From Verrucomicrobiota bacterium (GTDB lineage: Bacteria; Verrucomicrobiota; Verrucomicrobiia; Limisphaerales; CANJSG01), in NCBI GenBank assembly GCA_038203875.1, contig JBBRDN010000001.1:2472-66471 (forward strand): a DNA stretch of 64,000 nucleotides, given 5' to 3'. The notes under the pieces were generated by a model that saw only the letters and a list, made by a program, of their open reading frames with translations, did not search any database and was not told where the DNA came from. The stretch's first letter is position 1. Each line of letters starts with the position of its first letter. Positions 33,728 through 43,627 of the stretch are shown here, piece after piece. The translations under genes were made by a program, and so were the position numbers.

Positions 33728-35236
33728 ATGAAGCCTCTTCTCAATGCGGCCCTGCTTGGTTTCCTCGCCGTCAGTTCCTCGTTTGCCGCCGACATCCCGG
33801 ATCGTCCGGAGAAGCTGAAGTTCCCCTCGCTCACCTTCACGCCGCCGAACCCGGACGACTACCGCGTGCAGCTCAAGGCCGGCCCGGTGGCTTACGTCGT
33901 GCCGGACCGCGAACTGCCGTTGGTCAGCATCTCCATCACCGTCCGCACCGGCGGCTACGTCGTGCCCGAGGGCAAGGAAGGCCTCGAAGAACTCACCGGC
34001 CATCTCATCGCCCGCGGCGGCACGGCATCGAAGAAGGCCGAAGAACTTGAAGAACGCCTCGCCTTCCTTGCGGCCCAACTCGGTTCGTCCGTCGGTGAAA
34101 CCCGCGGCAGCGTTTCCCTCAACCTCCTCTCCAAGGACCTCGACGAGGGCCTGTCCATCCTCCGTGAAGTCCTGACCCAGCCACGCTTCCAGGACGACAA
34201 GCTCGCCCTCCGCAAGCAGCAGATGGTGCAGTCGATGAAGCAGCGCAACGACGAGTCCGAAGCCATCGAGGACCGCGAGGCGTCGTTCCTCGCCTACGGG
34301 GAAAAGTTCTGGGCCAACCGCCAGACCACCGCCGCTTCCGTCGAGGCCGTCACCCGCGTCGACATCGAGGCGTTCCACAAGCGCTGGTTCCATCCCGCCA
34401 ACTTCACCATCGCCGTCAGCGGCGACTTCGAACGGGAGGCCATGGTTGCGCGGTTGGAGAAGCTCCTCGGCGACTGGCCGTGGCAGGGCGACAAGCCGCC
34501 CGCCGTTCCAACCGACACCCAGATGGCCTCGCCCGGGGTCTACATGGTGAACAAGGACGTCAACCAAGGCCGCGTGACCGTCATGCTGCCCGGCATCCTG
34601 CGCGAGGATCCCGACTTCATGCCCGCACGCCTCATGAACTACATCCTTGGCGGCGGCGGATTCACCTCGCGGTTGATGACGCGTATCCGTTCCGACGAAG
34701 GGTTGGCCTACTCGGCCGGCTCGAGCGTGCCCGGCGGCCTGGACTACCCGCTCGCCGTCACGGCCTCGTTCCAGAGCAAGTCCCCCACCGTCGCCTACGC
34801 AACGGCGATCATCCTCGAGGAATTGGCCACGGTGCGGAACCAGCCCGTGAGCGACGAGGAGCTGAACTCCACGAAGAAGTATTTCACCGAGGTCTTCCCG
34901 CGCACCTTCGCCAGCAAGTCGGCGGTGGCCGGGACCTTTGCCGATGACGAATTCACCGGCCGCTTCGCCAAACATCCCGATTTCTGGAAGACCTACCGCG
35001 ACCGCCTCAACGCCGTGACCAAGGCCGACGTGCAGCGCGCCGCACAGCGCATCCTCAACACGAACAACCTCGTCGTCCTCGTCGTTGGCCAGAAGGACGA
35101 GGTGCTCAAGGGCCACCCGACCCACAAGGCTTCGCTCAAGGAAATCGGCCGCGGGTCCGTCAGCGAGCTGCCCCTGCGCGATCCGCTCACCATGAAGCCT
35201 ATCACCAGCGGCGAAGTGAAGCCGACGGAGAAGTGA
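33728..35236 (+). CDS. M16-family peptidase-like protein lacking HxxEH (non-catalytic partner type)
   Basis: M16 fold pattern with GHLIARGGT where HxxEH would be. Signal peptide MKPLLNAALLGFLAVSSSFA. Overlaps or abuts the upstream M16 gene. Confidence 0.8.
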   Translation: MKPLLNAALLGFLAVSSSFAADIPDRPEKLKFPSLTFTPPNPDDYRVQLKAGPVAYVVPDRELPLVSISITVRTGGYVVPEGKEGLEELTGHLIARGGTASKKAEELEERLAFLAAQLGSSVGETRGSVSLNLLSKDLDEGLSILREVLTQPRFQDDKLALRKQQMVQSMKQRNDESEAIEDREASFLAYGEKFWANRQTTAASVEAVTRVDIEAFHKRWFHPANFTIAVSGDFEREAMVARLEKLLGDWPWQGDKPPAVPTDTQMASPGVYMVNKDVNQGRVTVMLPGILREDPDFMPARLMNYILGGGGFTSRLMTRIRSDEGLAYSAGSSVPGGLDYPLAVTASFQSKSPTVAYATAIILEELATVRNQPVSDEELNSTKKYFTEVFPRTFASKSAVAGTFADDEFTGRFAKHPDFWKTYRDRLNAVTKADVQRAAQRILNTNNLVVLVVGQKDEVLKGHPTHKASLKEIGRGSVSELPLRDPLTMKPITSGEVKPTEK

Positions 35237-35300
35237 CGCTTGAAACGGCGATGACAAACGGATTGTGGGGCACGCAGCTAGTCCCCTAGTTTTTCAGCTC

Positions 35301-36272
35301 ATGAAGATCTTCGTCACGGGTGGTGCTGGATACATCGGGTCCGTCTTCGTCGAGGAGGCGCTCAACGCCGGCCACCAAGTCACGGTCTACGACAACCTCA
35401 CCGAGGGACACCGCTCCGCCGTCGATCCGCGCGCGGCCTTCGTCCAGGGCGACTTCAACGAGCGGGAACACATCTTCGCCGCCGTGAAGGCCGCCGCGCC
35501 CGAGGCCGTCGTCCACTTCGCCGCCAACGCGCTCGTGGGCGAGTCGATGATCAATCCGTCGAAGTATTTCCGGAACAATGTGGCCGGCGGATTGAACCTC
35601 ATCGACGCCGCCCAGCAGAACGGGGTGAAGAAGTTCGTCTTCAGCTCGACCTGCGCGACCTTCGGCACGCCGGACCGTGTGCCCATCGACGAGACCACGA
35701 CGCAGAAGCCGGTGAATCCCTACGGCGAGTCCAAGCTGATGTTCGAGAAGATCCTCCAGTGGTATCACCAGATCCACGGGTTGGAGTTCGTCGCCTTCCG
35801 CTACTTCAACGCCGCCGGGGCCAGCGAGCGTTTCGGCGAGAATCATCGTGTCGAGTCGCACCTCATTCCCAACGTGCTCAAGGTGGCGCTCGGCCAGGCC
35901 AAGGAATGCCAGATCTTCGGCACGGATTATCCCACGCCCGACGGCACCTGCGTGCGCGACTACATCCACATCGTCGACCTCGCGCAGGCCCATCTGCTCG
36001 CGCTCAAAGCCGGCACGACGGGCTTCTTCAACCTCGGCAACGGCGACGGCTACAGCGTCCGTGAAGTGATCCAGATGTGCGAGAAGATCACGGGAAAGAG
36101 CATCCCCGCGATCGAGAAGCCGCGCCGTCCCGGCGATCCGCCGCGGCTCGTGGCCGCCGCCAACAAGGCGTTCACGGAACTGGGTTGGAAACCGAAGTAT
36201 CCCACGCTCGAGGACATCGTCCGCACGGCGTGGGACTGGCACGTGAAGAATCCGACGGGCTACCGCGATTGA
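35301..36272 (+). CDS. galE: UDP-glucose 4-epimerase
   Basis: MKIFVTGGAGYIGS, YGESK and DYPTPDGTCVRDYIHV-type block (DYPTPDGTCVRDYIHIVDL). Confidence 0.9.
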   Translation: MKIFVTGGAGYIGSVFVEEALNAGHQVTVYDNLTEGHRSAVDPRAAFVQGDFNEREHIFAAVKAAAPEAVVHFAANALVGESMINPSKYFRNNVAGGLNLIDAAQQNGVKKFVFSSTCATFGTPDRVPIDETTTQKPVNPYGESKLMFEKILQWYHQIHGLEFVAFRYFNAAGASERFGENHRVESHLIPNVLKVALGQAKECQIFGTDYPTPDGTCVRDYIHIVDLAQAHLLALKAGTTGFFNLGNGDGYSVREVIQMCEKITGKSIPAIEKPRRPGDPPRLVAAANKAFTELGWKPKYPTLEDIVRTAWDWHVKNPTGYRD

Positions 36273-36293
36273 CAGTCTTTCCGAAGCGACAAA

Positions 36294-36420
36294 GTAGGGC
36301 GGGCATCCTGCCTGCCCATGGAGGTCTCTTTGCGAATGCCTGACAGTGCGATCGGATCGGACGACGGGTGTGAACGATGGAACCCCAGTCAGGACGGGGC
36401 AGGCTGGAAGCCCGCCCTAC
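36294..36420. repeat. MITE/REP-like element with GTAGGGCG termini
   Basis: GTAGGGCGGGCATCCTGCCTGCCC (36294..36317) versus the reverse complement of 36397..36420, GTAGGGCGGGCTTCCAGCCTGCCC (2 mismatches). Located 22 nt after the galE stop. Confidence 0.5.
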
Positions 36421-36450
36421 GTTCATCAGCACCGTTACCCATGAGACTCG

Positions 36451-36807
36451 TCATTGCTTCGGCAGGAACGTGAAGGCGACGGCGGCAAGGATGCAGAGAA
36501 AGGCGGCGAGGTGGTTCCAGCGGAGTGTTTCGCCGAGATAATTCACGGCGAACACGGCGAAGACCGTCAGCGTAATGACCTCCTGGATGATCTTGAGCTG
36601 CGTGGCCGAGTAGACATTGTTTCCCCAGCGATTGGCCGGAACCATGACGACATATTCGAAGAAGGCGATGCCCCAGCTGACGACGATGGCCTTCAAGATG
36701 GGCTGGTCCTTGTGCTTGAGGTGTCCATACCAGGCGAACGTCATGAAGACGTTGGAGACGGTGAGCAGGACGATGGGAAACCAGCGGCTCTGGGTCAGGT
36801 CGCTCAT
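36451..36807 (-). CDS. DMT-superfamily small membrane protein (DUF486)
   Basis: 118 aa with 4 TM helices and [11 protein letters not shown] near the N-terminus. The start overlaps the hisF stop by 4 nt. Confidence 0.75.
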   Translation of the reverse strand: MSDLTQSRWFPIVLLTVSNVFMTFAWYGHLKHKDQPILKAIVVSWGIAFFEYVVMVPANRWGNNVYSATQLKIIQEVITLTVFAVFAVNYLGETLRWNHLAAFLCILAAVAFTFLPKQ

Positions 36808-37577
36808 AGACGGACCGGCAATCCGCGCGACGCGAGATGCCTCTTCACATCGCCCACGGTGAATTCGCCGTAGTGGAAGATGCTCGCCGCCAAAACGGCG
36901 TCGGCCCGGCCTTCGAGGAGGACTTCAGCCATGTGTTCCAGCGAACCGGCCCCGCCGCTCGCCACGACGGGGACACCGACGGATTCGCTGACGCGCCGCG
37001 TGATGACGAGGTCGAACCCCTTCCTCGTGCCGTCGCCGTCGATGCTATTCAGCACGATCTCGCCCGCGCCGAGCGCGACGGCCTGCTTCGCCCATTCCAG
37101 CGCGTCCATGCCGGTGTCCTTGCGGCCGCCGTGCGAGAAGACGCGCCAAGACTCGGATGACACGCGTTTGGCATCGATCGAGACGACGATGCACTGGCTG
37201 CCAAATTTCTCCGCGCCTTCGCGGATAAGATTCGGCGTGGCCAGCGCGGAGGAGTTGATGCTGACCTTGTCGGCCCCGGCCCGGAGCATCTGGCTCATGT
37301 CGGCGACGGCGCGGATTCCGCCGCCGACGGTGAGCGGCATGAAGCACTGGTCAGCCGTGCGCTCGATGACCTCGATCATCGACGTCCGGCCGTGGGCCGT
37401 CGCCGTGATATCGAAGAAGACCATCTCGTCCGCGCCCTGTTCGTTGTAGCGGACGGCGAGTTCGACGGGGTCGCCGACGTTCTTCAGTTCGCCGGCTTCC
37501 GCCCGGCCGAACTGGACGCCGCGGGTCACCTTGCCGTCGTGGACGTCAAGGCACGGGATGACACGTTTGGCCAGCAC
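36804..37577 (-). CDS. hisF: Imidazole glycerol phosphate synthase cyclase subunit
   Basis: [23 protein letters not shown]..., GADKVSINS and VVASGGAG blocks. Confidence 0.95.
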   Translation of the reverse strand: MLAKRVIPCLDVHDGKVTRGVQFGRAEAGELKNVGDPVELAVRYNEQGADEMVFFDITATAHGRTSMIEVIERTADQCFMPLTVGGGIRAVADMSQMLRAGADKVSINSSALATPNLIREGAEKFGSQCIVVSIDAKRVSSESWRVFSHGGRKDTGMDALEWAKQAVALGAGEIVLNSIDGDGTRKGFDLVITRRVSESVGVPVVASGGAGSLEHMAEVLLEGRADAVLAASIFHYGEFTVGDVKRHLASRGLPVRL

Positions 37578-37599
37578 GGGAATGAAAGTCCCGATGAAA

Positions 37600-37986
37600 T
37601 CACTTCGAAGGGCTGAACTTGCCGCCGTTGTTCTTGAACTGCCCCTTGGTGTAGAGGACGACGTTGATGGAGGCGAAGGGCTTGGTGGTGGAGAACGTGT
37701 AGCCCGCCTTCTTCACGGCGGCGTAGATCTCCTCCTTGGTCATGGGCTTGCCGGTGGTCACCTGCTTGACCACTTCCTTCAGGGAAACGGCGTTGCGGGT
37801 CCGGGGGGCCTTGGCCTTCGCCCTGGCCGGCGCGACGGAACGAACGACGGCGGCAGGAGCCGAAACCGTGGCGGTCTCGGAGCCGAGGACGGCGTTTATT
37901 TCAGACAGCCGTTTCTCGAGGGACTGCTTTTCGTTGACGAGGGAAGTTCGGAGGGCGGCGAATTTCTTGAGCGTATCGTTCTTCAT
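37600..37986 (-). CDS. Hypothetical protein with coiled-coil N-terminus, basic linker and winged-helix-like C-terminus
   Basis: Starts at [16 protein letters not shown]. Has an AKAKAPRTR linker. C-terminal [17 protein letters not shown]...GKF resembles HARE-HTH/H1-like DNA-binding modules. This is a weak call. Confidence 0.5.
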   Translation of the reverse strand: MKNDTLKKFAALRTSLVNEKQSLEKRLSEINAVLGSETATVSAPAAVVRSVAPARAKAKAPRTRNAVSLKEVVKQVTTGKPMTKEEIYAAVKKAGYTFSTTKPFASINVVLYTKGQFKNNGGKFSPSK

Positions 37987-38049
37987 ATGAAGCGGTGGAA
38001 GTAACTGACTAATTACCGGAACACAAGGCCGCATTAGCTGCCAGCACGG

Positions 38050-40461
38050 TCAGCGATAAATCAGATAACGCTCGCGGCGTTCAAGGAACGAGGCCAACGC
38101 CGCGCTCCATCGCCCATGGGATTCAGGCAGCGACGCGCCGTTCTTCACGTCCTGGGTCGCCCCGGGATTTCCGACCAGCGTCTCGAACTTCGGCAGGTTG
38201 AACTCCTTCGGATAGTGTTTCTCAAGCGCCGACGCGACCGCGATGCCGATGTCGACGGACCGGAGGAGTTCCCGGTCGGTCACCGTCATCGTGACTCCGT
38301 GGCAGAGTTTCTTGGCATGGACGCTTGAGGTCGGGGTGAAGGAGGTGGCGGCAAACTTGACTCCGGCAAGGTTGAGCGCGGTGAGCTCCTTGGCGAGCAT
38401 GGTCCCGTCGATCCACGGGGCGCCGACGACTTCGAAGGGCATGTCCGTCCCCCGGCCGACGGAGACCGGGTTGAACTCCACGAGGCCGACACCGGGATAG
38501 AGCGCGGCCTGGTCGAGTTTCCGGATGTTCGGCGACGGATTGATCCATGGGAGCTTCGTCTCGTCGAACCACAGAGCGCGCGTCCAATTTTCGACTGGCA
38601 CGACGGCGAGCTTGGACTTGTAGCCGAGCTCTTCGTTGAACATCCGAGCCAGTTCTCCGACGGTCATCCCGTGGCGCACAGGCAACGTATGGTAGCCGAT
38701 GAAGCTCTGGAACCGGGTCTGCACCGGGCCTTCCACGATGCGCCCGCCGATGGGGTTCACTCGGTCGAGCACCATGATCTCAACTCCGGCCCGCGCGGCG
38801 GCGTCCATCGCGCCGCCCATGGTGGAGACGTAGGTGTAGAAGCGGCAGCCAATGTCCTGGATGTCGAAGACGACGACGTCGACCTGCTTGAGAAGATCCT
38901 GCCGCGGCTTGCGCGATTCCATGGCGAGCTTGGTGTAATTCGCCTCGCTCATTCCGGCCGGGCGCTTGGGGCTCTCGGGATAAAGGCTGTAAACCTTCAG
39001 GCCGGTCTTCTGGTCGATGGAGTCGCCGACCTTCTCGTCGACTTCGCCACGGATGCCGTGCTCGGGGCCGAAGAGCATCGTGAGCTTCACGCCGGGCGCG
39101 TTGAAGAGCAGGTCGATGGTGGAATTGCCGTCGCGGTCGCGGCCGGTGTGGTTGGTGATCAGGGCGACCTTCTTGCCCGTGAGCGGCGCGAAGCCGTCGC
39201 GCTTGAGGACGTCGATGCCGTTGAGGACTGGTTTGTTCGTGTCCGACTGGCCGCGGGGTTGGAGCGCGCCGGGGACCTTGGCGAAGGCGAATCCGGCAAC
39301 CGACTGCGCGGACAATGTTCCAAGCGTGCCGTAAAGCGGGAGGATGTTGCCGTTGCCGTCCGGGTGAACGCGGTTGCTGAGGAAGATGTAGAAGGTCTTG
39401 GAGAAAGGATCGACCCAGAAGATGCAGCCGGTGAAACCGGTATGGCCATAGCTGCCCACGGGAAACTCCGTGCCGCGCGGACGTGAGTAGACCGAATCGA
39501 TGTCCCAGCCGAGGCCGCGACGGTTCCACGATCCGGCGGGCGACTGCACGGAGGTCATCAGGCGAACGGTCTCGGGCTTGAAGATCCGCACTCCATCGAG
39601 TTCACCGAGGTTCAGCATCATGCGGGCGAAGCGTGCGAGGTCGGCCGTGGTGGTGAAGAGCCCGGCATGTCCGGCCACGCCGCCCATGCGGCGCGACGTG
39701 GGATCGTGGACTTCACCCTGAAGTGCCTTACCCGCGATCTTCTCGGTCGGAGCGATGCGCGAAGCCGGGAAGCGGTTGAGCGGGAGATAACCGCTGTCCT
39801 TCATGCCGAGCGGACCAAACACCTTCTCGGCGGCGAATTCGTTCAGCGGCTTGCCGCTGACGCGATGGACGATCTCGCCGACGAGGATGTAGTTCGGATC
39901 CGAGTAGCGGAAGAAGGTGCCCGGCGGATGCGTCACCTTGAGCGCGCAGGCAAGCGAGATGGCCTTGTCGTAGCCGCTCCAAGCCGGAGTCGCGGGAAGT
40001 CCGGCGATCAAGCCCGACGTGTGCGTCATCAGATGCCGGACGGTGATGGCCTCCTTGCCGCCGCCCTTGAACTCGGGGATGTAGCGCGAGACCGGCGCGT
40101 CGACTTCGACCTTGCCCTGTTCGATCAGGAGCATGATCGACGGCGTGGTGGCGATGACCTTGGTCAGCGACGCGGCGTCGAAGAGCGTCGTCTCGTCCAT
40201 CGCCTCGGCGGCAGGATCGAGAGTGCGGGTGCCGTAGGCCTTGTGGTAGTTGGAACCGTTCCGCTCCAGCCAGAACGTCGCGCCGGGCATCTGCTGCTTT
40301 GTGATGAACGATTCGATTGCGGAATCGATTTCCGGAAGCTTCGCTGCGTCCAACGCCGGCGCTGGAAACGGGGCAGGGGGCGACGTGTTTCGGCAGCCCG
40401 GTGTAGTGAGGCCGAGGCCAACGAGCAGGAGGGCCGAGATCAGCGGGGCGAGACGGTTCAT
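38050..40461 (-). CDS. Fusion protein: beta-lactamase-fold serine hydrolase (N-terminal) + DUF1343/NamZ-type exo-muramidase (C-terminal)
   Basis: Lipoprotein-like leader MNRLAPLISALLLVGLGLTTPGC. SxxK motif DAASLTKV and a YSDPNY-type block. The C-terminal half has VALITNHTGRDRDGNSTIDLL...FGPEHGIRG, typical of DUF1343. Confidence 0.85.
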   Translation of the reverse strand: MNRLAPLISALLLVGLGLTTPGCRNTSPPAPFPAPALDAAKLPEIDSAIESFITKQQMPGATFWLERNGSNYHKAYGTRTLDPAAEAMDETTLFDAASLTKVIATTPSIMLLIEQGKVEVDAPVSRYIPEFKGGGKEAITVRHLMTHTSGLIAGLPATPAWSGYDKAISLACALKVTHPPGTFFRYSDPNYILVGEIVHRVSGKPLNEFAAEKVFGPLGMKDSGYLPLNRFPASRIAPTEKIAGKALQGEVHDPTSRRMGGVAGHAGLFTTTADLARFARMMLNLGELDGVRIFKPETVRLMTSVQSPAGSWNRRGLGWDIDSVYSRPRGTEFPVGSYGHTGFTGCIFWVDPFSKTFYIFLSNRVHPDGNGNILPLYGTLGTLSAQSVAGFAFAKVPGALQPRGQSDTNKPVLNGIDVLKRDGFAPLTGKKVALITNHTGRDRDGNSTIDLLFNAPGVKLTMLFGPEHGIRGEVDEKVGDSIDQKTGLKVYSLYPESPKRPAGMSEANYTKLAMESRKPRQDLLKQVDVVVFDIQDIGCRFYTYVSTMGGAMDAAARAGVEIMVLDRVNPIGGRIVEGPVQTRFQSFIGYHTLPVRHGMTVGELARMFNEELGYKSKLAVVPVENWTRALWFDETKLPWINPSPNIRKLDQAALYPGVGLVEFNPVSVGRGTDMPFEVVGAPWIDGTMLAKELTALNLAGVKFAATSFTPTSSVHAKKLCHGVTMTVTDRELLRSVDIGIAVASALEKHYPKEFNLPKFETLVGNPGATQDVKNGASLPESHGRWSAALASFLERRERYLIYR

Positions 40462-40637
40462 CGCCGCGAAAGATAGGACCGGGAAACGCGAACCCAAACG
40501 AAAAGCCGAAGCGTTTCTGCTACGAAAGTAGGCCGAGCCTGTCGGTCCGGCGCTCCGGGTCCGGGAGAGGTCGATGATTGCAATTCATGCGGATTGCCTT
40601 TGCCCCAACGTAACCCTAGCGTTGCCGAATCGGCTCC

Positions 40638-41687
40638 ATGAAAAACAAATCTGCCTCCTCACGTCGCGGCATCATTGCCGGCGGCAACTGGATCATCGAC
40701 CAGGTCAAAGTCGTCGACGTCTATCCCCAGCGTGAACAACTCGCCAACATCCGCGCGCAACACCAGGGCTCCGGAGGCTCGCCCTACAACCTGCTTGTCG
40801 ATCTCTCCAAGGTCGGAGCCGGATTTCCTCTGACCGGAGCCGGTCTTGTCGGCAAGGATGCCAACGGCGAAGTCATCCTCGCCGACTGCAAGAAGCACAA
40901 GATCGACACGAAGCACCTCGGCACGACCAACGAGGCCGCCACGTCCTTCACCGACGTGATGACCGAGAAGGACGGGGGTCGCCGCACGTTTTTCCACTAC
41001 CGCGGGGCCAACGCCCTCTGGAACGGGGCTGACATCGATTTCTCCAAGCTCAAGTCCAAGATCTTCCACCTCGGTTACCTCCTGCTCCTCGACGCGATGG
41101 ACGCGCCCGATGCCAAGTTCGGCACCAAGGCCGCCAAGATCCTCAGCGCCGCCCAGGCCGCCGGCCTCAAGACCAGCATCGACGTCGTCAGCGAGGACAG
41201 CGACCGCTTCGCCCGGGTCGTCAGCCCCGCCCTGAAGGCCGTCGACTATTGCATCATCAACGAGATCGAGGCCGGCAAGGTCACCGGGTTCAAGCTCCGT
41301 GGCGCCGATGGCAAGCTCGACACCGTGTCGGTCCGCCACGCCGCCGGGGCCCTGCTCCAGCAGGGCGTGAAGGAACTCGTGGTTATCCATTTCCCCGAAG
41401 GCGGCTTCTGCCGCACGCGCAAGGGCGAGGATGTCTGGCAGAGCTCTCTCAAACTCAGCGCCAAGAACATCGCCGGCACCGCCGGAGCCGGAGACGCCTT
41501 CTGCGCCGGAGTCCTCCTCGGCCTGCACGATGAGAAGCCGCTCCAGGAATGCCTGGAGATGGGCGTCTGTGTGGCGGCCGCGTCCCTCAGCGATCCGACC
41601 TGCACCGGCGGCGTGAAGAAGCTGGCCGACTGCCTGGCACTCAAGAAGAAGTTCGGCGTCCGCGCCTCACTGAACAGCGAGGATTGA
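40638..41687 (+). CDS. PfkB-family carbohydrate kinase
   Basis: Ribokinase-like fold pattern with C-terminal GAGDAFCAG motif. Confidence 0.85.
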   Translation: MKNKSASSRRGIIAGGNWIIDQVKVVDVYPQREQLANIRAQHQGSGGSPYNLLVDLSKVGAGFPLTGAGLVGKDANGEVILADCKKHKIDTKHLGTTNEAATSFTDVMTEKDGGRRTFFHYRGANALWNGADIDFSKLKSKIFHLGYLLLLDAMDAPDAKFGTKAAKILSAAQAAGLKTSIDVVSEDSDRFARVVSPALKAVDYCIINEIEAGKVTGFKLRGADGKLDTVSVRHAAGALLQQGVKELVVIHFPEGGFCRTRKGEDVWQSSLKLSAKNIAGTAGAGDAFCAGVLLGLHDEKPLQECLEMGVCVAAASLSDPTCTGGVKKLADCLALKKKFGVRASLNSED

Positions 41688-41781
41688 GTTGGCCGGGGCA
41701 GCAACCCGTGTCGACTCGCGGCAACGACGCGCTGAGCGACAACTGAGAGTGACCGACTAGTTTCCTAGGGCCCGCAGGGCC

Positions 41782-42129
41782 TCACCGGTTCGGAATCTGG
41801 ATGCGTGCAACGTTACTCGATCCGTCAAAGTAGAACGCGATCTGGTTGGTGCCAGGGCCGAAGAAATGAAGCCCGAGCCACGGAAATCCTGCATCGAAAT
41901 CGAAAGACGATCCGTAGGTCCATGACGGATTCAAGCCCAACAGCCCGGTGTGGCGAGACTTCGGCTCACCCAGAAGTTCCGTGACTCTCCTGTGGGAATC
42001 GCCGATCCGAATCTTCCGTGCGATGGCGAGATGCCGTGCGGCAGTGAATACAACGGCCACATAACCCGCGAAGACGAACGTAGCGATACCCAGGAGAACC
42101 CATATCGCTTTCTTGCTCCGAAGGGTCAT
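41782..42129 (-). CDS. Hypothetical membrane-anchored protein
   Basis: 115 aa with an N-terminal TM helix (KAIWVLLGIATFVFAGYVAVVF). AT-richer than its flanks. No motif recognised. Confidence 0.5.
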   Translation of the reverse strand: MTLRSKKAIWVLLGIATFVFAGYVAVVFTAARHLAIARKIRIGDSHRRVTELLGEPKSRHTGLLGLNPSWTYGSSFDFDAGFPWLGLHFFGPGTNQIAFYFDGSSNVARIQIPNR

Positions 42130-42141
42130 CGGTCTCTGAAC

Positions 42142-43428
42142 TCACACGGCCTTCAACCGCTTCACCAGCACCTTGGAGTTGCGGCCGCTGGAGTCGTATT
42201 TGTCGCGGCGGCCGGGGGGCAGATCTTCGGGGGTGCCTTCTCCGAAACCGCCCTTGGTCTGGAAGTAGGTGAAGGCCTGCGTCGATAGCGTAAGCAGGTC
42301 GTCGAGTTGGAGTTCGCGGGCCTTGTTCTCGACGAACTGGATGAGCTTCTTGCCGATGCCCTGGTTCTCGTGCGTGGGCGCGACGAAGAGGCAGGCGAGC
42401 TCGCCTTTGTTGTGCTCGGGGTAGAGGTGCAGCGCGACGCAGGCCACGGGGTTGCGGTCGATCTCGTAGAGGTAGTATTCGCCGATCTGCTTTTCGAGTG
42501 TCGCCTTGGTGCGGCGGACGAGCTCCTCCGAATCCACGGCGGACTGGGTAATCTTGAGGATGGCGGCGACGTCCTTCTTCTGGGCGCGGCGGATCTTTTC
42601 GTATTCGTTGGCGTAGACCATCGTGCCGACGCCTTCGTTGGAGAACATCTCGGCCAGCAATCCCTCGTCCTCCCTGCCGTTGATGATGTGGACGCGCGCG
42701 ATGCCGTTGCGGCAGGCGGTGGCGGCGGACTGGGCCTTGGTGAAGATTTCGGGGGAGAAGTCCGCCTTGCCCTTCGAGAGCATGGCGTCGAGCTGGGCCA
42801 CAGGCAGATGACGGACCACTTTCCCCTGATGGACGATCCCGTCGGTCGTCGTGATGTAGATGAGCTTGGCCGCGTGCAGGGCTTCGGCGACTTCCAGCGC
42901 GACGGTGTCGGAGTTCACGCGGAAGGTTTTCCCTTCGCCGTCGAACCCGAGCGGCGGGATCACCGGGATGATGCCGGAGCTGACGAGTTGCTGGAGGAAT
43001 TCGGTGTCGATGCGCTCCACCTTGCCGGTCATCTGGTGGTCAAGTCCGTGGAGGATGCCGAGCGGATGGGCGATGACGGCGTTGGTGCTGGCCGCTCGGA
43101 GATCGTTCGCGGCCAGGCCTTCGAGGATCTCGTGGGTCAGGCGGTTCGCGGCGGTCAAGGCGAGCTTCAACGTCGCCTCGTCGGTCACGCCGTTGCCGGA
43201 AAGGTCCGTCGGAATGATGCCCTGCTGCTCGCCGAGTTCGCGGATCTGGAGGGCGGCGCCATGGACGAGGACGACGCGGATGCTCAGGGACCGGAGGACC
43301 GCGATGTCTCGGAGAAGATTGGCGAAGTTGTCATCCGTGATGATCGCGCCGTCGACGGCGATGACGAACGTCTTTTCCCTGAAGCTCGGGATGTATTGGA
43401 GGATGCCGCGAAGGTCGGTTGGTTTCAC
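42142..43428 (-). CDS. argA: Amino-acid N-acetyltransferase (N-acetylglutamate synthase type: amino-acid kinase + GNAT domains)
   Basis: N-terminal AAK fold (FVIAVDGAII...VLVHGAALQI). C-terminal GNAT with acetyl-CoA motif QGIGKKL. Confidence 0.85.
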   Translation of the reverse strand: MKPTDLRGILQYIPSFREKTFVIAVDGAIITDDNFANLLRDIAVLRSLSIRVVLVHGAALQIRELGEQQGIIPTDLSGNGVTDEATLKLALTAANRLTHEILEGLAANDLRAASTNAVIAHPLGILHGLDHQMTGKVERIDTEFLQQLVSSGIIPVIPPLGFDGEGKTFRVNSDTVALEVAEALHAAKLIYITTTDGIVHQGKVVRHLPVAQLDAMLSKGKADFSPEIFTKAQSAATACRNGIARVHIINGREDEGLLAEMFSNEGVGTMVYANEYEKIRRAQKKDVAAILKITQSAVDSEELVRRTKATLEKQIGEYYLYEIDRNPVACVALHLYPEHNKGELACLFVAPTHENQGIGKKLIQFVENKARELQLDDLLTLSTQAFTYFQTKGGFGEGTPEDLPPGRRDKYDSSGRNSKVLVKRLKAV

Positions 43429-43627
43429 GAGTGTCTGTTCGGATCGGATGTCGCAATGCGCTGAGTATAGGATTGCCGGTTCGATTCAAGACGATTGTGA
43501 TGCCGCTACGAAGGACACCATGCACGCTCCGAGATCCGGCTCCGCCAACATCGTCAGCTTTTGGTCGCGCTTGAATCGAAGCGCGCGCTGGATTTCGAGA
43601 AACTTTATCCGCTGAACCTGGAGGCAA

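Noticed and set aside
43476-43492. GGTTCGATTC resembling a tRNA T-loop.
   Set aside because: The flanking bases do not form a T-stem (CCGG versus CAAG). No acceptor or anticodon arm can be drawn, so this is not a tRNA.
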